NCBI GenBank assembly: GCA_050951545.1
Contig: JBMNJG010000005.1
Span: forward strand, 256,001 to 320,000
Length of the DNA: 64,000 nt
Source of the DNA: Limnochordia bacterium
GTDB taxonomy: Bacteria; Bacillota; Limnochordia; DTU080
Direction of reading: 5' to 3'
Below the pieces are notes generated by a model, which was not told where the DNA came from, ran no database searches, and saw only the letters and a program-made list of their open reading frames with translations. Made by a program: the position numbers and the translations under genes. Shown one piece after another: positions 29,932-39,084 of this stretch (its first letter is position 1; every line of letters starts with the position of its first letter).

Positions 29932-30280
29932 TGATGCAGGAAACGAGAACCCCCTGGCCATCTTGGGCGTAGACCCCCGTCTTTCTGATGAAGAGTTGCG
30001 CCAGCGCTATGTTACGCTTGTCCGGCAGTACCCGCCCGAGCGTAACCGCGAGGAGTTCCGCCGCATCCGCAGTGCCTATGAGGCCTTGCGCAGACCAGCC
30101 GATCGAGCGCGGTATGCCTTGCAGCAAATGGCGGAACCCCCTGCGCTCTTTCCGGGGTCACCCGGCGAGCCACGAGGCCCTTTGGGGATCTCGCCTGCTT
30201 GGTGGCATATGGGCGATCCCTGGTCGGAATTGTTGCTGGACGAATTTGAGTCTGACTGCCGCGATCCCCTAGGGAAGTAG
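29915..30280 (+). CDS. Small J-domain-like (DnaJ-like) protein with YPPE in place of HPD
   Basis: NPLAILGVD..LSDEELRQRYVTLVRQYPPERNREEFRRIRSAYEALR matches J-domain helices I-III; overlaps the TPR gene by 17 bp. Confidence 0.8.
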   Translation: MTRSGNDAGNENPLAILGVDPRLSDEELRQRYVTLVRQYPPERNREEFRRIRSAYEALRRPADRARYALQQMAEPPALFPGSPGEPRGPLGISPAWWHMGDPWSELLLDEFESDCRDPLGK

Positions 30281-30335
30281 TGGGTGAAAGCAATTCCGAT
30301 CAATACACTCAAACTCTGGGGGGAAGCATGTCACG

Positions 30336-30977
30336 ATGTGGTGGAAACGACTATGGAGTAGCCGAAGCGAGAAAGCCTCGGCTCCCGCCAAGAAGCGGCG
30401 GCCACGCCTGCCTGAGCAACTGGCCGAGGTCGACCGAGCTCTGGCGCGCCTAGCACGTGAACAAGCCAAGGCCAACCTTCTATGGGAGCAATCATCGAAG
30501 CAGCAGGCTGAGCTCGTGGCTGGTCTTGAGAAGACACTGACGCAACAAGAGACGAACTACCGAGCGCTACTCGCCCAGGCCGAAGAGCGGGGGCGGACGC
30601 AGTGGGCACAGCGCCTCTTTCCGCAACTGCTTGCGTTCCTTGATGATCTGATGCAAGGGGCTGCAGCCATGGAGCAACAGGTCAACCAACAGCCAGCACT
30701 TGCCGAATGGGCTGGTGGAGTGCGCCGCCTCCACAACCGTGGTGAGGAGCTCCTCAGTCTGTGGAACGTGACACCCATACCCGCTACAGGGCAACCTTTT
30801 GACCCCAGCGTGCATCACCCGGTCGATGTGGTGTTTTCGAGCGAGGTCACACAACCCATCGTCGTGGCTGAGGTTCAACGTGGGTACCGTCAGAACGGAG
30901 AGCTAATTAGGCAGGCCACAGTGGTGGTGGCCAAACCAGCGAACTCGACGACGGGCACATTGGAGGCCAGTGTATGA
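30336..30977 (+). CDS. grpE: Nucleotide exchange factor GrpE (paralogous copy)
   Basis: Coiled-coil N-half, LLAFLDDL, VTPIPATGQPFDPSVHHPV, VVAEVQRGYRQNGELIRQATVVVAK. Confidence 0.88.
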   Translation: MWWKRLWSSRSEKASAPAKKRRPRLPEQLAEVDRALARLAREQAKANLLWEQSSKQQAELVAGLEKTLTQQETNYRALLAQAEERGRTQWAQRLFPQLLAFLDDLMQGAAAMEQQVNQQPALAEWAGGVRRLHNRGEELLSLWNVTPIPATGQPFDPSVHHPVDVVFSSEVTQPIVVAEVQRGYRQNGELIRQATVVVAKPANSTTGTLEASV

Positions 30978-32710
30978 GCAGAACAGTCGGTATCGATTTC
31001 GGCACAACCAACTCGGTGATTGCTGTAGTGGGTGCGGATGGCCGACCGCGAGTGTTGGAGCACGAGGGCGAACGGATTATCCCCTCGGTGGTGGCTATCG
31101 ATGAGCAGGGAAGACTGTTAGTGGGCCGTCAGGCTAGAAACTACCTGCCGCTCGACCCAGACAACGCCGTTCACTCCGTGAAGCGCTTCATAGGCACAGA
31201 CCAACGTTTCACCTTGCGCGGCAAGGAGTACTCGCCGCAGCAGATTGCCGCCCTGATCATGCGCACACTGCGAGACTTGGCGGAATCTGCCCTGGGCGAG
31301 CCAGTTAAGCAAGCGGTGATCACCGTACCTGCTTACTTTACAGACCAGCAGCGCATCGCCACAAAGGAGGCGGGTGAGCTAGCGGGTCTGGACGTCGTGC
31401 GCATCATCAATGAACCCACCGCGGCCGCCCTCGCCTACGGCATAGACCAGAACACGGGCCAGCGCGCATTGGTGTATGACTTAGGTGGAGGTACCTTTGA
31501 CGTTTCTTTGGTTCAGATCGAGGAGGGCTTCGTCGAAGTCTTGGCTACGGCGGGCAACAACCGCCTGGGAGGTAACGACTTCGATCAGCGCATCGTTGAC
31601 TATGTCAGCGACCGCTTCTCTCGAGATGAGGGCTTCAACATCCGCCAGGACCCACGCGCCTTGGCTCGCCTTTCCGCCAGTGCAGAACAAGCGAAGATCC
31701 GACTGTCGGACCATCCCTACGCTCGCCTGCGGGAAGACTTCCTAGCTACGCTGGATGGGAAACCACTTCATCTCGACCAGGAGCTCTCACGCACTCGCTT
31801 TGAAGAACTGATCGCCGATCTCTTGACAGACACAATCGTCAGTGTGAACCAAGTCCTACGCGATGCCGATTGCCGAGCCAAGGATATCGACAAAGTCTTG
31901 CTTGTGGGTGGCTCCACACGCATCCCTGCTGTCCGCCACATCCTGGAGGCGGAGCTTCAACAAGAGCCCTCGGGTGATGTCCATCCCGACGAATGTGTGG
32001 CTCTCGGGGCCGCAGTGCAGGCAGCAATAGTCGACGGTCTAGATGTGGATGCGGTCTTGGTGGACGTCACCGCCCACTCATTGGGCATTGCGGTAGCTGT
32101 TGACCTCGGTACACGTCTGATTAGCGACCGCTACAGCGTGATCATTCCCCGCAACTCAGTGATTCCCACAGAGAAGGCGGAGGTCTACACCACCACCTAC
32201 GACAACCAGAGGGCCGTCGATATCAGGGTGTTCCAAGGCGAACACCATACGGCCTCCAGCAACGAACGTCTGGGCGAGTTTCGCCTCGAGGGTGTTCCAC
32301 CTCGTCCGGCAGGTGGTGTGGAGATTATCGTGACGTTCTCGATGGACGTAGACGGCATCCTTCAGGTGACCGCCGAGGAACGTAGCACAGGCAGTAGTGC
32401 GAACATCACAGTGCGCGATATGCGAGCCCGTATGAGCGCCTATGAGAAAATGGCAGACGAAGCGGCGGTTACAGAGCTATGGGATCCAGACGCATCCGGT
32501 ACCGCGGCTACCCAGGCCCTTTTGCGCCAGGCCAAGAGCGTGGCCGAGGAGCAACAAGGGGAGATCGCTGCCGAGATACTGGCCATTGTTGCCGAGATTG
32601 AGGCGCTACTGGATGAGGATCTTCCTGATCCGGAAACCCTGGCCGATCTGGAGGATGAGTTGCTGGAAATACTGGAAGGTGCAGAGGAAAACGAGGAAAA
32701 CGACGAGTAG
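30974..32710 (+). CDS. Hsp70 family (DnaK-like) chaperone, non-canonical paralogue
   Basis: GIDFGTTNS, VITVPAYF, RIINEPTAAALAYG, VYDLGGGTFDVS, LGGNDFD, LVGGSTRIP, DVTAHSLG, IIPRNSVIP, FQGE; ATGA overlap with grpE. Confidence 0.95.
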   Translation: MSRTVGIDFGTTNSVIAVVGADGRPRVLEHEGERIIPSVVAIDEQGRLLVGRQARNYLPLDPDNAVHSVKRFIGTDQRFTLRGKEYSPQQIAALIMRTLRDLAESALGEPVKQAVITVPAYFTDQQRIATKEAGELAGLDVVRIINEPTAAALAYGIDQNTGQRALVYDLGGGTFDVSLVQIEEGFVEVLATAGNNRLGGNDFDQRIVDYVSDRFSRDEGFNIRQDPRALARLSASAEQAKIRLSDHPYARLREDFLATLDGKPLHLDQELSRTRFEELIADLLTDTIVSVNQVLRDADCRAKDIDKVLLVGGSTRIPAVRHILEAELQQEPSGDVHPDECVALGAAVQAAIVDGLDVDAVLVDVTAHSLGIAVAVDLGTRLISDRYSVIIPRNSVIPTEKAEVYTTTYDNQRAVDIRVFQGEHHTASSNERLGEFRLEGVPPRPAGGVEIIVTFSMDVDGILQVTAEERSTGSSANITVRDMRARMSAYEKMADEAAVTELWDPDASGTAATQALLRQAKSVAEEQQGEIAAEILAIVAEIEALLDEDLPDPETLADLEDELLEILEGAEENEENDE

Positions 32711-32785
32711 TCTGACCACATGGCATGGGGTGTTCAGCTGGAGACGCGATCTTGCAGCGATGGTGCGCTTCGAGGTGAACGCTAA

Positions 32786-33643
32786 ATGAGATCCTCTGTT
32801 GAGTGGAACGAGTTTGTGACCAGCCACTTCATGCAACACCCGGTATTCGTAACCTACCATCGGTGCCAGCGTCCCCAGGTTACTCCATTGCATAGGCAAT
32901 CGGGTATTGAGTTACACCTGACCCATAGCGGTCGCGGCTCTTTTCACGTTGACGACATGGTGATGGTGCAACGGGGCCGCCAACTGGTGATCGTCGGCCA
33001 GCTGGTTGCCCACCAGGTCTTCGCCGATGTGCAGTCCGGCTATACACGCTCAGTCATCTGCCTAGACAAGCCCGTGCTCGATCAGATCACCACGATCTGC
33101 GGACCCGAGCTTCTATCCGGTCTTGTTCCTAGCAGCATCAACGCTGCCACGCTCCCTTGCGAAGTCTGGCAAGAAACAGAGGGCCTGGTCATGCGCATGT
33201 GCTGGGAATGGGAGCATCGGCTGCCAAACTGGCAGCACGCCATCTTTGGCCACCTGATGAATCTGCTTGTCCAACTACAGCGAAGCGAATCACAGGCGAC
33301 TCATTGTGACGCCGGTACGGACCTGATAAGTTGCTGCCTGGAGATTGTCGAGAGACAGCTCGATAGCGACCTTAGCGTAGAGTGCTTGGCCGACATGCTC
33401 GCTGTCTCTCCGAAGTATTTATCGAGCCTCTTCTCACGTACTATCGGTGTCAACCTCAGCGACTATGTGTGGGACAGGCGGATGGCCATGGCGAGGCGCT
33501 TGCTTGCCAGCAATCCGCGCTTGTACATCCGCGAAGTGGCCAGGCGCTGCGGATTCAAGAGTGCGGCTCACTTCTCCCGCCGCTTTGGCCAAGCCACTGG
33601 CTTAACGCCCTCCTCGTACCGAGCACAGCTTCACAGCTCATAA
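32786..33643 (+). CDS. AraC family transcriptional regulator
   Basis: Cupin-like N-terminus (LHRQSGIEL..HQV); LSVECLADMLAVSPKYLSSLF...IREVARRCGFKSAAHFSRRFGQATGLTPSSYR. Confidence 0.92.
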   Translation: MRSSVEWNEFVTSHFMQHPVFVTYHRCQRPQVTPLHRQSGIELHLTHSGRGSFHVDDMVMVQRGRQLVIVGQLVAHQVFADVQSGYTRSVICLDKPVLDQITTICGPELLSGLVPSSINAATLPCEVWQETEGLVMRMCWEWEHRLPNWQHAIFGHLMNLLVQLQRSESQATHCDAGTDLISCCLEIVERQLDSDLSVECLADMLAVSPKYLSSLFSRTIGVNLSDYVWDRRMAMARRLLASNPRLYIREVARRCGFKSAAHFSRRFGQATGLTPSSYRAQLHSS

Positions 33644-34905
33644 CCCCTGGCACGCATCTCCTTAGACACTGTCTCGCCGTCAACTGCATGAAAACCCACC
33701 GTCGTCGCCCGCGCCATACTGGCGGCTAGACCAACGGCCTCGCCCATAGGGACCGCGTTACCCGTAACCCGATAAGACGCATGAGCGAAAAAGTCGCCGC
33801 TGATACAACGCCCAGCTAGAGCAAGGTTGGAAAGATCGCGGGCCACCAAAGCTCGGTACGGAATATGGTAAGGCTTACTGCGAAGCCCATGGTTGGCGTA
33901 GCCCGTGACAGCACTGCGCTCTAGAGCGTGCACATCAACCCCAAACCGCACGAGGCACACCCCGTCACCAAAGCGCCGGCCAGCCACGACATCGTCAGCC
34001 GTCACGTGGTAAAGTCCCCGCACGCGTCTGCCCTCACGCAGACCGATATGAGCGGCAGTAGCGACCAGGCGCGCATCATCCCATGCAGGTAGTTTGCGCA
34101 ACGCCTGGACCGTTAGGTACAACTCCTTGCGAGCACGCACCGTGGCCTGAGTGATCTCGTCGGCTGAGTCGCAACGTACGTCGTACTCGTGGTTGATCAT
34201 CAAGCAATGGAGCTCCGGATGGGGTAAGGGAAACAGTGAAGGTGACTGGTAGCTGGGATCGATGCCCACAGAGTTAAGCATGGCGCGAAAGCGCTCCTTG
34301 TCCCCCTCTGCCCGCGTTCCCGAAATCTCCTTCGGCACCCCGCTGATGATAGCGAATAGCGTGGCGGGTTGAGTCTTCCCACTCACTGGATGTCCGTGAT
34401 CATACGCACACTGCGCATAGGCCGCTAGATCGCCGTTGCCCGTGCTATCCACGAAGAGGGGTGCGGTGAAGGCCTCACGGCCGCTGGGGCTCTCTGTCAC
34501 GATAGCTCTCAGTAAGCCATCCTCACGTATAGCTGCCACCACGCGGGTATGCAAACGCATGTGTACTCCCGCCTCGTTACACAGATCTTCTAGCAGGACC
34601 TTCATAGTCTCCGGATCGTAGAGAAAATCGGCGCGCTGCGAGCGGGGGCGCCTGGCCCCCGCCGCCTCCAATCGCTCACCTATCTCCTCCACGAGCCCAC
34701 ATTTGCCTGTCCCATCAAGCACCAGGCACAGCAGACCCGACGTCCAGATGCCTCCCAAGCAGCCCTGGCTCTCTACCAGAAGAACTCGCAACCCCGAGCG
34801 ACCCGCAGTAACAGCCGCGGCTACGCCCGCAGGTCCGGCCCCACACACAATGAGATCAAAGTCACCAGCAACGTTAAGAGTCCTTGCTGGTTCCACTAAC
34901 TGCAT
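33631..34905 (-). CDS. FAD-dependent oxidoreductase (FAD_oxidored family)
   Basis: DLIVCGAGPAGVAAA, LGGIWTSG, FVDSTGNGDLA, GLREGRRVRG, YHIPYRALV, NLALAGRCISGD. Confidence 0.9.
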   Translation of the reverse strand: MQLVEPARTLNVAGDFDLIVCGAGPAGVAAAVTAGRSGLRVLLVESQGCLGGIWTSGLLCLVLDGTGKCGLVEEIGERLEAAGARRPRSQRADFLYDPETMKVLLEDLCNEAGVHMRLHTRVVAAIREDGLLRAIVTESPSGREAFTAPLFVDSTGNGDLAAYAQCAYDHGHPVSGKTQPATLFAIISGVPKEISGTRAEGDKERFRAMLNSVGIDPSYQSPSLFPLPHPELHCLMINHEYDVRCDSADEITQATVRARKELYLTVQALRKLPAWDDARLVATAAHIGLREGRRVRGLYHVTADDVVAGRRFGDGVCLVRFGVDVHALERSAVTGYANHGLRSKPYHIPYRALVARDLSNLALAGRCISGDFFAHASYRVTGNAVPMGEAVGLAASMARATTVGFHAVDGETVSKEMRARGYEL

Positions 34906-34923
34906 ACCCTGCGACCTCCGCTC

Positions 34924-36186
34924 CTACTGCGTTTCGTAGATGGTACGCCAGTTGCCCATGGCAAACGCCTGGGCGTTATCCAGTGCCGCTTCAGGGGTCT
35001 CCTTCCCAGTAAACACGTTATCGACTGCCGTCCGGACAGCGTCTTGCATGGTTACCTTCATGGGGCTCATGTCCTCAACCACAATGCGCTCTGCATGGAA
35101 TAGCGTCTCTATGAACCACCGCTCAAGCAACGGCATCTGCCTCGACTTGGCAAGAAGAAACTCCTGATTCGCGGTAAATGCCCCGGCCTTGTCCCACATC
35201 GTGTTGATGGCTTCCCTGTCACTGAGGAGATAGCTGATCAGGCGTATGGCCTCCGCCGGCTTCTTGCTGCCCGTCGGAATACCTATGCTCCAGGCACGCC
35301 AGCGCTGGGTGAGCTTGCCATTGATATGTGGCGCCCAGGTGGCGTCGACTTCCTTGCCCAGCTGCCTCTGCAGGTTTCCGCCTATAAGATGAGATCCGTT
35401 GATGATCATCGTCGTTCTGCCTGAGGTGACTGAAGGGCTGAACTGGAGGATGCCAGGGAAAGGATCCACAAAGAGCTCCTTCATCGTGGTTATGGCAGAA
35501 GCCAAAGTACGGTTGCCGCCTAGATTCGGTCTATAGCCATCCTGGTATAGCACCACGTCAAACAAAGACTCCCAGGTATAGGACACCGTATGCCAGGTCT
35601 CCTTGGGGTGGAGCCCCACTCGAGTCAATCTGCCATCTGCATCCATCAGGGTCAGCTTCTTACTGAAGGCCCCTATCTCAGCCCACGATGGCGCTCGGTC
35701 ACGAGCTGGGCGAATAACGCCTGCCTCATCGAAAGCTTCTGCGTCGTACACCAGGGAATAGCTCGGCGCGATATCCCAAAATGGCAAGGTGTAGCGCGTC
35801 CCTGCATACATGCCCAGTCTTTCATAGCCACGGGCTAGGTCTTTGACCTGGAAACCGCCATGCGCCTTCAGTAAAGGATCCAGTGGACGCAGTAGTCCTT
35901 TCATACCCAAGACCGAATACTCGCCACCGTGCATATCGGCCACATCAGGTGGTGACCCCGCAGCGATAGCCGTCATCAGCTTCTCCCCGCCCGAGCCCGT
36001 GACCAGTCTGACCGAAAGACCTGGGTTCTTAGCTGCAAAATCGCCCAGCACTTCGCGCAACACCTCACCCTTGGCCCCGCCAAAGGTCACCCAGAACTCA
36101 ATCTCCGTTGAAACCGCAGCGCTAGCCACACCCGATAGAGCGACAATCGTCATCAGCGCCAGAAATAAACGGGTCAAACGATGCAT
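34924..36186 (-). CDS. ABC transporter sugar-binding protein (SBP family 1)
   Basis: Signal peptide ASA/A, EIEFW, LMTAIAAGSPPDV, LVYDAEAFDEAGV; GGAGG RBS. Confidence 0.85.
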   Translation of the reverse strand: MHRLTRLFLALMTIVALSGVASAAVSTEIEFWVTFGGAKGEVLREVLGDFAAKNPGLSVRLVTGSGGEKLMTAIAAGSPPDVADMHGGEYSVLGMKGLLRPLDPLLKAHGGFQVKDLARGYERLGMYAGTRYTLPFWDIAPSYSLVYDAEAFDEAGVIRPARDRAPSWAEIGAFSKKLTLMDADGRLTRVGLHPKETWHTVSYTWESLFDVVLYQDGYRPNLGGNRTLASAITTMKELFVDPFPGILQFSPSVTSGRTTMIINGSHLIGGNLQRQLGKEVDATWAPHINGKLTQRWRAWSIGIPTGSKKPAEAIRLISYLLSDREAINTMWDKAGAFTANQEFLLAKSRQMPLLERWFIETLFHAERIVVEDMSPMKVTMQDAVRTAVDNVFTGKETPEAALDNAQAFAMGNWRTIYETQ

Positions 36187-36477
36187 TGCGCCACCTCCTA
36201 TATTCGCACCCCATTGCTTCTGAGTTGGGCTACAACGCCAACATGATTACACGGCACACTACCTCCCAACTACAGCTACTACACCAATTTTACCATGACG
36301 TAGGCAACACCGATTGTCTGCAGTCCCGTACTGCAGTTGACTACAGGTACGCATTTTTGGGGGAAAACAGGGGGTGTTTGTGGTAGCTCCGCCCAGCATC
36401 TCACACTTACGAAGGGAATTGCTGGCTCCGGGAGAACCTATCCCATGCATGGGAACGGCCCGTGGGGGGTGCGTAGG

Positions 36478-36887
36478 ATGGAGCTGGTGCGCGTGGACGT
36501 CAATACTGTCAGAGACTGAGTGCTTGTCGCTGTCGAGGATCTTCCACAAGTGGTTGCTGCCTATCTTTTTGGATCCGCTTCAGGCTTGTGCCGCCCTGAC
36601 AGCGACCCAGACATCGCCCTTTTTGTGACTGACATTGATCCGAACTCGCGAGAGGCCGACCACATGGCAGGCGAGGTTACCCGTCGACTTGCTCCAGTAG
36701 GCGAGCATCCCTTTGACGTCAATGTCGTTGCTCCAGACAACACCATCTTCGCCTTCCGGATTATCTCTCAGGGCATACCTCTCGTAGTGAGAGACAACGC
36801 TTTGATGACTCATTACAAACGGCCATAGAGGCCTGCATTGATCTCGCCTATGACATCTCAGCACTGTGGGAACCCACAGAGGGCTGA
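36478..36887 (+). pseudogene. Collapsed MNT (minimal nucleotidyltransferase) - HEPN/HepT (DUF86) toxin-antitoxin relic
   Basis: ATG 36478 MELVRVDVNTVRD*(TGA 36517-19)VLVAVEDLPQVVAAYLFGSA...DSDPDIA (GS-x10-DxD MNT motif); from 36813 another frame reads LQTAIEACIDLAYDI, a DUF86 motif, then stops. Confidence 0.7.
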
Positions 36888-36921
36888 GAGTAGCGCGTGA
36901 AGTCAAGCGCTCGGGCCCCCA

Positions 36922-36961
36922 GGAAGGGACGCCCGAAGCAGCTGCCCCGGGCGTTCCTTCC
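36922..36961. terminator. Stem-loop between convergent genes
   Basis: GGAAGGGACGCCCG...CGGGCGTTCCTTCC. Confidence 0.5.
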
Positions 36962-36966
36962 CACGC

Positions 36967-37974
36967 CTAGATCTCGTCCAGACCCAAGCCCCGGAGATCA
37001 GCCACTTTGTTCTGTTGCTCAGCCTCATACAGGCGCCAGATCACTCTCAGTCCCTGTAGGCTTCCAGGGCCATCGGTGAGGGGACGACGCCCAGTCGTGA
37101 TGCAATCGAGGAAATGCGCCATTTCATTCTGCGTATGCTTGCCTGGCTGCGTCTCCGTCAGCAAGGTTTCTTTACCACCCTTATGAAGGATGAGTTTGCT
37201 GCGAGTGGGGTCGATCTCAAGCATACCTTCCGTGCAGTGAGCATGCATGGAGTTGCGCAAACGCGTACCTCTAGCCCCCCAGGTGCCGAAATGATAGCCC
37301 AACCTGCCGCCCTCAAACTCAATGGCTACGTTACTGGTGCCTTCGCGCTCCATCCAGGGCGTGCAGAAATTGGTGCCCACATGCGTCCCGGCCAAAGGCT
37401 TACCTATGATCCATAACAACAGATCGATGTAGTGACAGCCATGACTAAAAAGCTGTCCCCCACCCAGGGTCGCCGCCTTGCTGGCCCAATGGCCGGGCGA
37501 ATACTGGGTCAACTGCTCGGTCCAGATGGATAGCTGGAACAGATCGCCAAAAGCACGCTCATCAATAAGCTGCTTCATCTTGACGACTAGAGGATGAAAG
37601 CGCATACAGTAGGCGATCATCAAGACCCGGTCTGCCCTCTTGGCCGTCTCGATCAGATCGAGGCACTCTTCCTCACTATTCGCCATCGGCTTTTCCAACT
37701 GGACATGCTTGCCAGCTTCCAGACACGCCTTTGCGATCGGATGGTGGAGATGATGGGGCAAGACCAATAGCACAGCGTCTACGTCATCAAGCACAGAGCG
37801 GTAATCGGTGGCCGCCTTGGCCCCTGGAAAGAGCTCAGCCGCCTGACGGGCACGCTGCTCATCAATATCTACCGTCGCTGTAACCGTCACCCGATCTGCC
37901 AAATCTCCCAGCCCCCGGGCGTGCGCCCTGGACATACCTCCACACCCGACGATCCCCAGGCGTACATGACTCAT
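36967..37974 (-). CDS. Gfo/Idh/MocA family oxidoreductase
   Basis: AAGGAGG RBS before ATG 37974; RLGIVGCGGMS, LPHHLH, HVQLEKPMA, GGGQLFSHGCHYID. Confidence 0.9.
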   Translation of the reverse strand: MSHVRLGIVGCGGMSRAHARGLGDLADRVTVTATVDIDEQRARQAAELFPGAKAATDYRSVLDDVDAVLLVLPHHLHHPIAKACLEAGKHVQLEKPMANSEEECLDLIETAKRADRVLMIAYCMRFHPLVVKMKQLIDERAFGDLFQLSIWTEQLTQYSPGHWASKAATLGGGQLFSHGCHYIDLLLWIIGKPLAGTHVGTNFCTPWMEREGTSNVAIEFEGGRLGYHFGTWGARGTRLRNSMHAHCTEGMLEIDPTRSKLILHKGGKETLLTETQPGKHTQNEMAHFLDCITTGRRPLTDGPGSLQGLRVIWRLYEAEQQNKVADLRGLGLDEI

Positions 37975-38093
37975 TATGTGGCCTCCTTGTGACTCACGCG
38001 CTACGTTGATTGTCCTGATAAAGCGTTCGACTACTGTTTCGTCTAACTGGATTGCAGGTGACATGTTTCGCAGTGGATCGCCGATTGCCTGCC

Positions 38094-38906
38094 TTAGGAC
38101 ATCTGCCTGTGAGACATCGCTTCCCGGTACCAGCGAGCGGGGTCGGGACCGAGCTCACCACCCAGAGCCTTTGAGGCCTCGCGGCATGCATCGCAGACTG
38201 CGCCTACAAATGTCTCGGCCATCACCCGATCGGGAAGGCGTGAGCTTGGCGCAGAGACTGACATGGCGGCCTCTGCCATCCCCACTTGGTTGACTACCAC
38301 AGAGGCCGTACACCGGACACCAATCGTGTTTTCGTCCCAGTCCACTGCGTAGCCCTGCTCCCGAATGTCATGGATGGCCTTCCACATTGCGTCCTTCGTC
38401 GTGATCGTATGCGGAGTGAAGCCTTCGAACTTGTAGTTGGCAAGAATCGCCTGAATCTCCTCATCAGGAGCGAAAGCTAGCAGTGCTTTTCCTAGGGCAG
38501 ACGAATGGAGCGGGGCTCGCGTGCCAACGGGAGTGTACATCATTGGTGCATGCCGCGAGGGTATGGAGTTCATGTAGAGCACGTCCCTACCATAACGGAC
38601 AGCCAGATGCGCGGTTTCCCCAGTAAGGCTGCTCAGTCCAGACAGGGAAGGATAGACGAGCCGCCCCAGATGTGCCTGGAGGGAGACGGGGCCCAGGAGC
38701 AGTAGGAGCTCTGGCCCAACCCTATATAACTTATGTGTCTCCTGGAAATCCAGGTATCCCTCTCTTTCCAGGGTCTTGATGATCCTGTAGGCAGTAGCGT
38801 AGGGAAGATCAAGACGATCGCTGATCTCCTGAACCTTAAGCCCGTCGCGTTCTCGCGCCACAAGCTTGAGCACTGCCAAGGCCTTCTGAACGCTCTTAAT
38901 GGACAT
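38094..38906 (-). CDS. IclR family transcriptional regulator
   Basis: IKSVQKALAVL...LPYATAYRIIKTL..EGYL; GETAHLAV, PLHSSALGKALLA, IREQGYAVDWDE..GVRCTA. Confidence 0.95.
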   Translation of the reverse strand: MSIKSVQKALAVLKLVARERDGLKVQEISDRLDLPYATAYRIIKTLEREGYLDFQETHKLYRVGPELLLLLGPVSLQAHLGRLVYPSLSGLSSLTGETAHLAVRYGRDVLYMNSIPSRHAPMMYTPVGTRAPLHSSALGKALLAFAPDEEIQAILANYKFEGFTPHTITTKDAMWKAIHDIREQGYAVDWDENTIGVRCTASVVVNQVGMAEAAMSVSAPSSRLPDRVMAETFVGAVCDACREASKALGGELGPDPARWYREAMSHRQMS

Positions 38907-39007
38907 GAGACTCCCTCCCTAGACCGTACCAGTCATGGGTCTTGTCTCCATAAGCCTGTCTTTTCCGGCCATGATTGTCAAGACTTCACCGTGATGTAAA
39001 AAAGATC

Positions 39008-39036
39008 TTGACCGTTCTGACAGATGGTGCTACCAT
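39008..39036 (+). promoter_or_regulatory. Sigma-A/70 promoter for the SBP operon
   Basis: TTGACC-17 bp-TACCAT with extended -10 TG. Confidence 0.7.
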
Positions 39037-39048
39037 CATAGCACACAC

Positions 39049-39084
39049 TTCTCGCATCACGAATTCCATTCGCGCATGGTGGAT
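39049..39084. promoter_or_regulatory. Possible tandem IclR operator sites
   Basis: Two related imperfect dyads 20 bp apart (TTCTCGCATCACGAAT; TTCGCGCATGGTGGAT) just downstream of the promoter, opposite a divergent iclR gene. Confidence 0.35.

Noticed and set aside
30974-32710. Calling this the housekeeping dnaK operon
   Set aside because: No hrcA, CIRCE or canonical dnaJ; divergent linker and substrate loop; short lid; TPR partner.
36517-36519. In-frame TGA in the MNT gene as selenocysteine or readthrough
   Set aside because: Non-catalytic position, no evident SECIS, and the gene is otherwise decayed. A CGA-to-TGA nonsense change is simpler.
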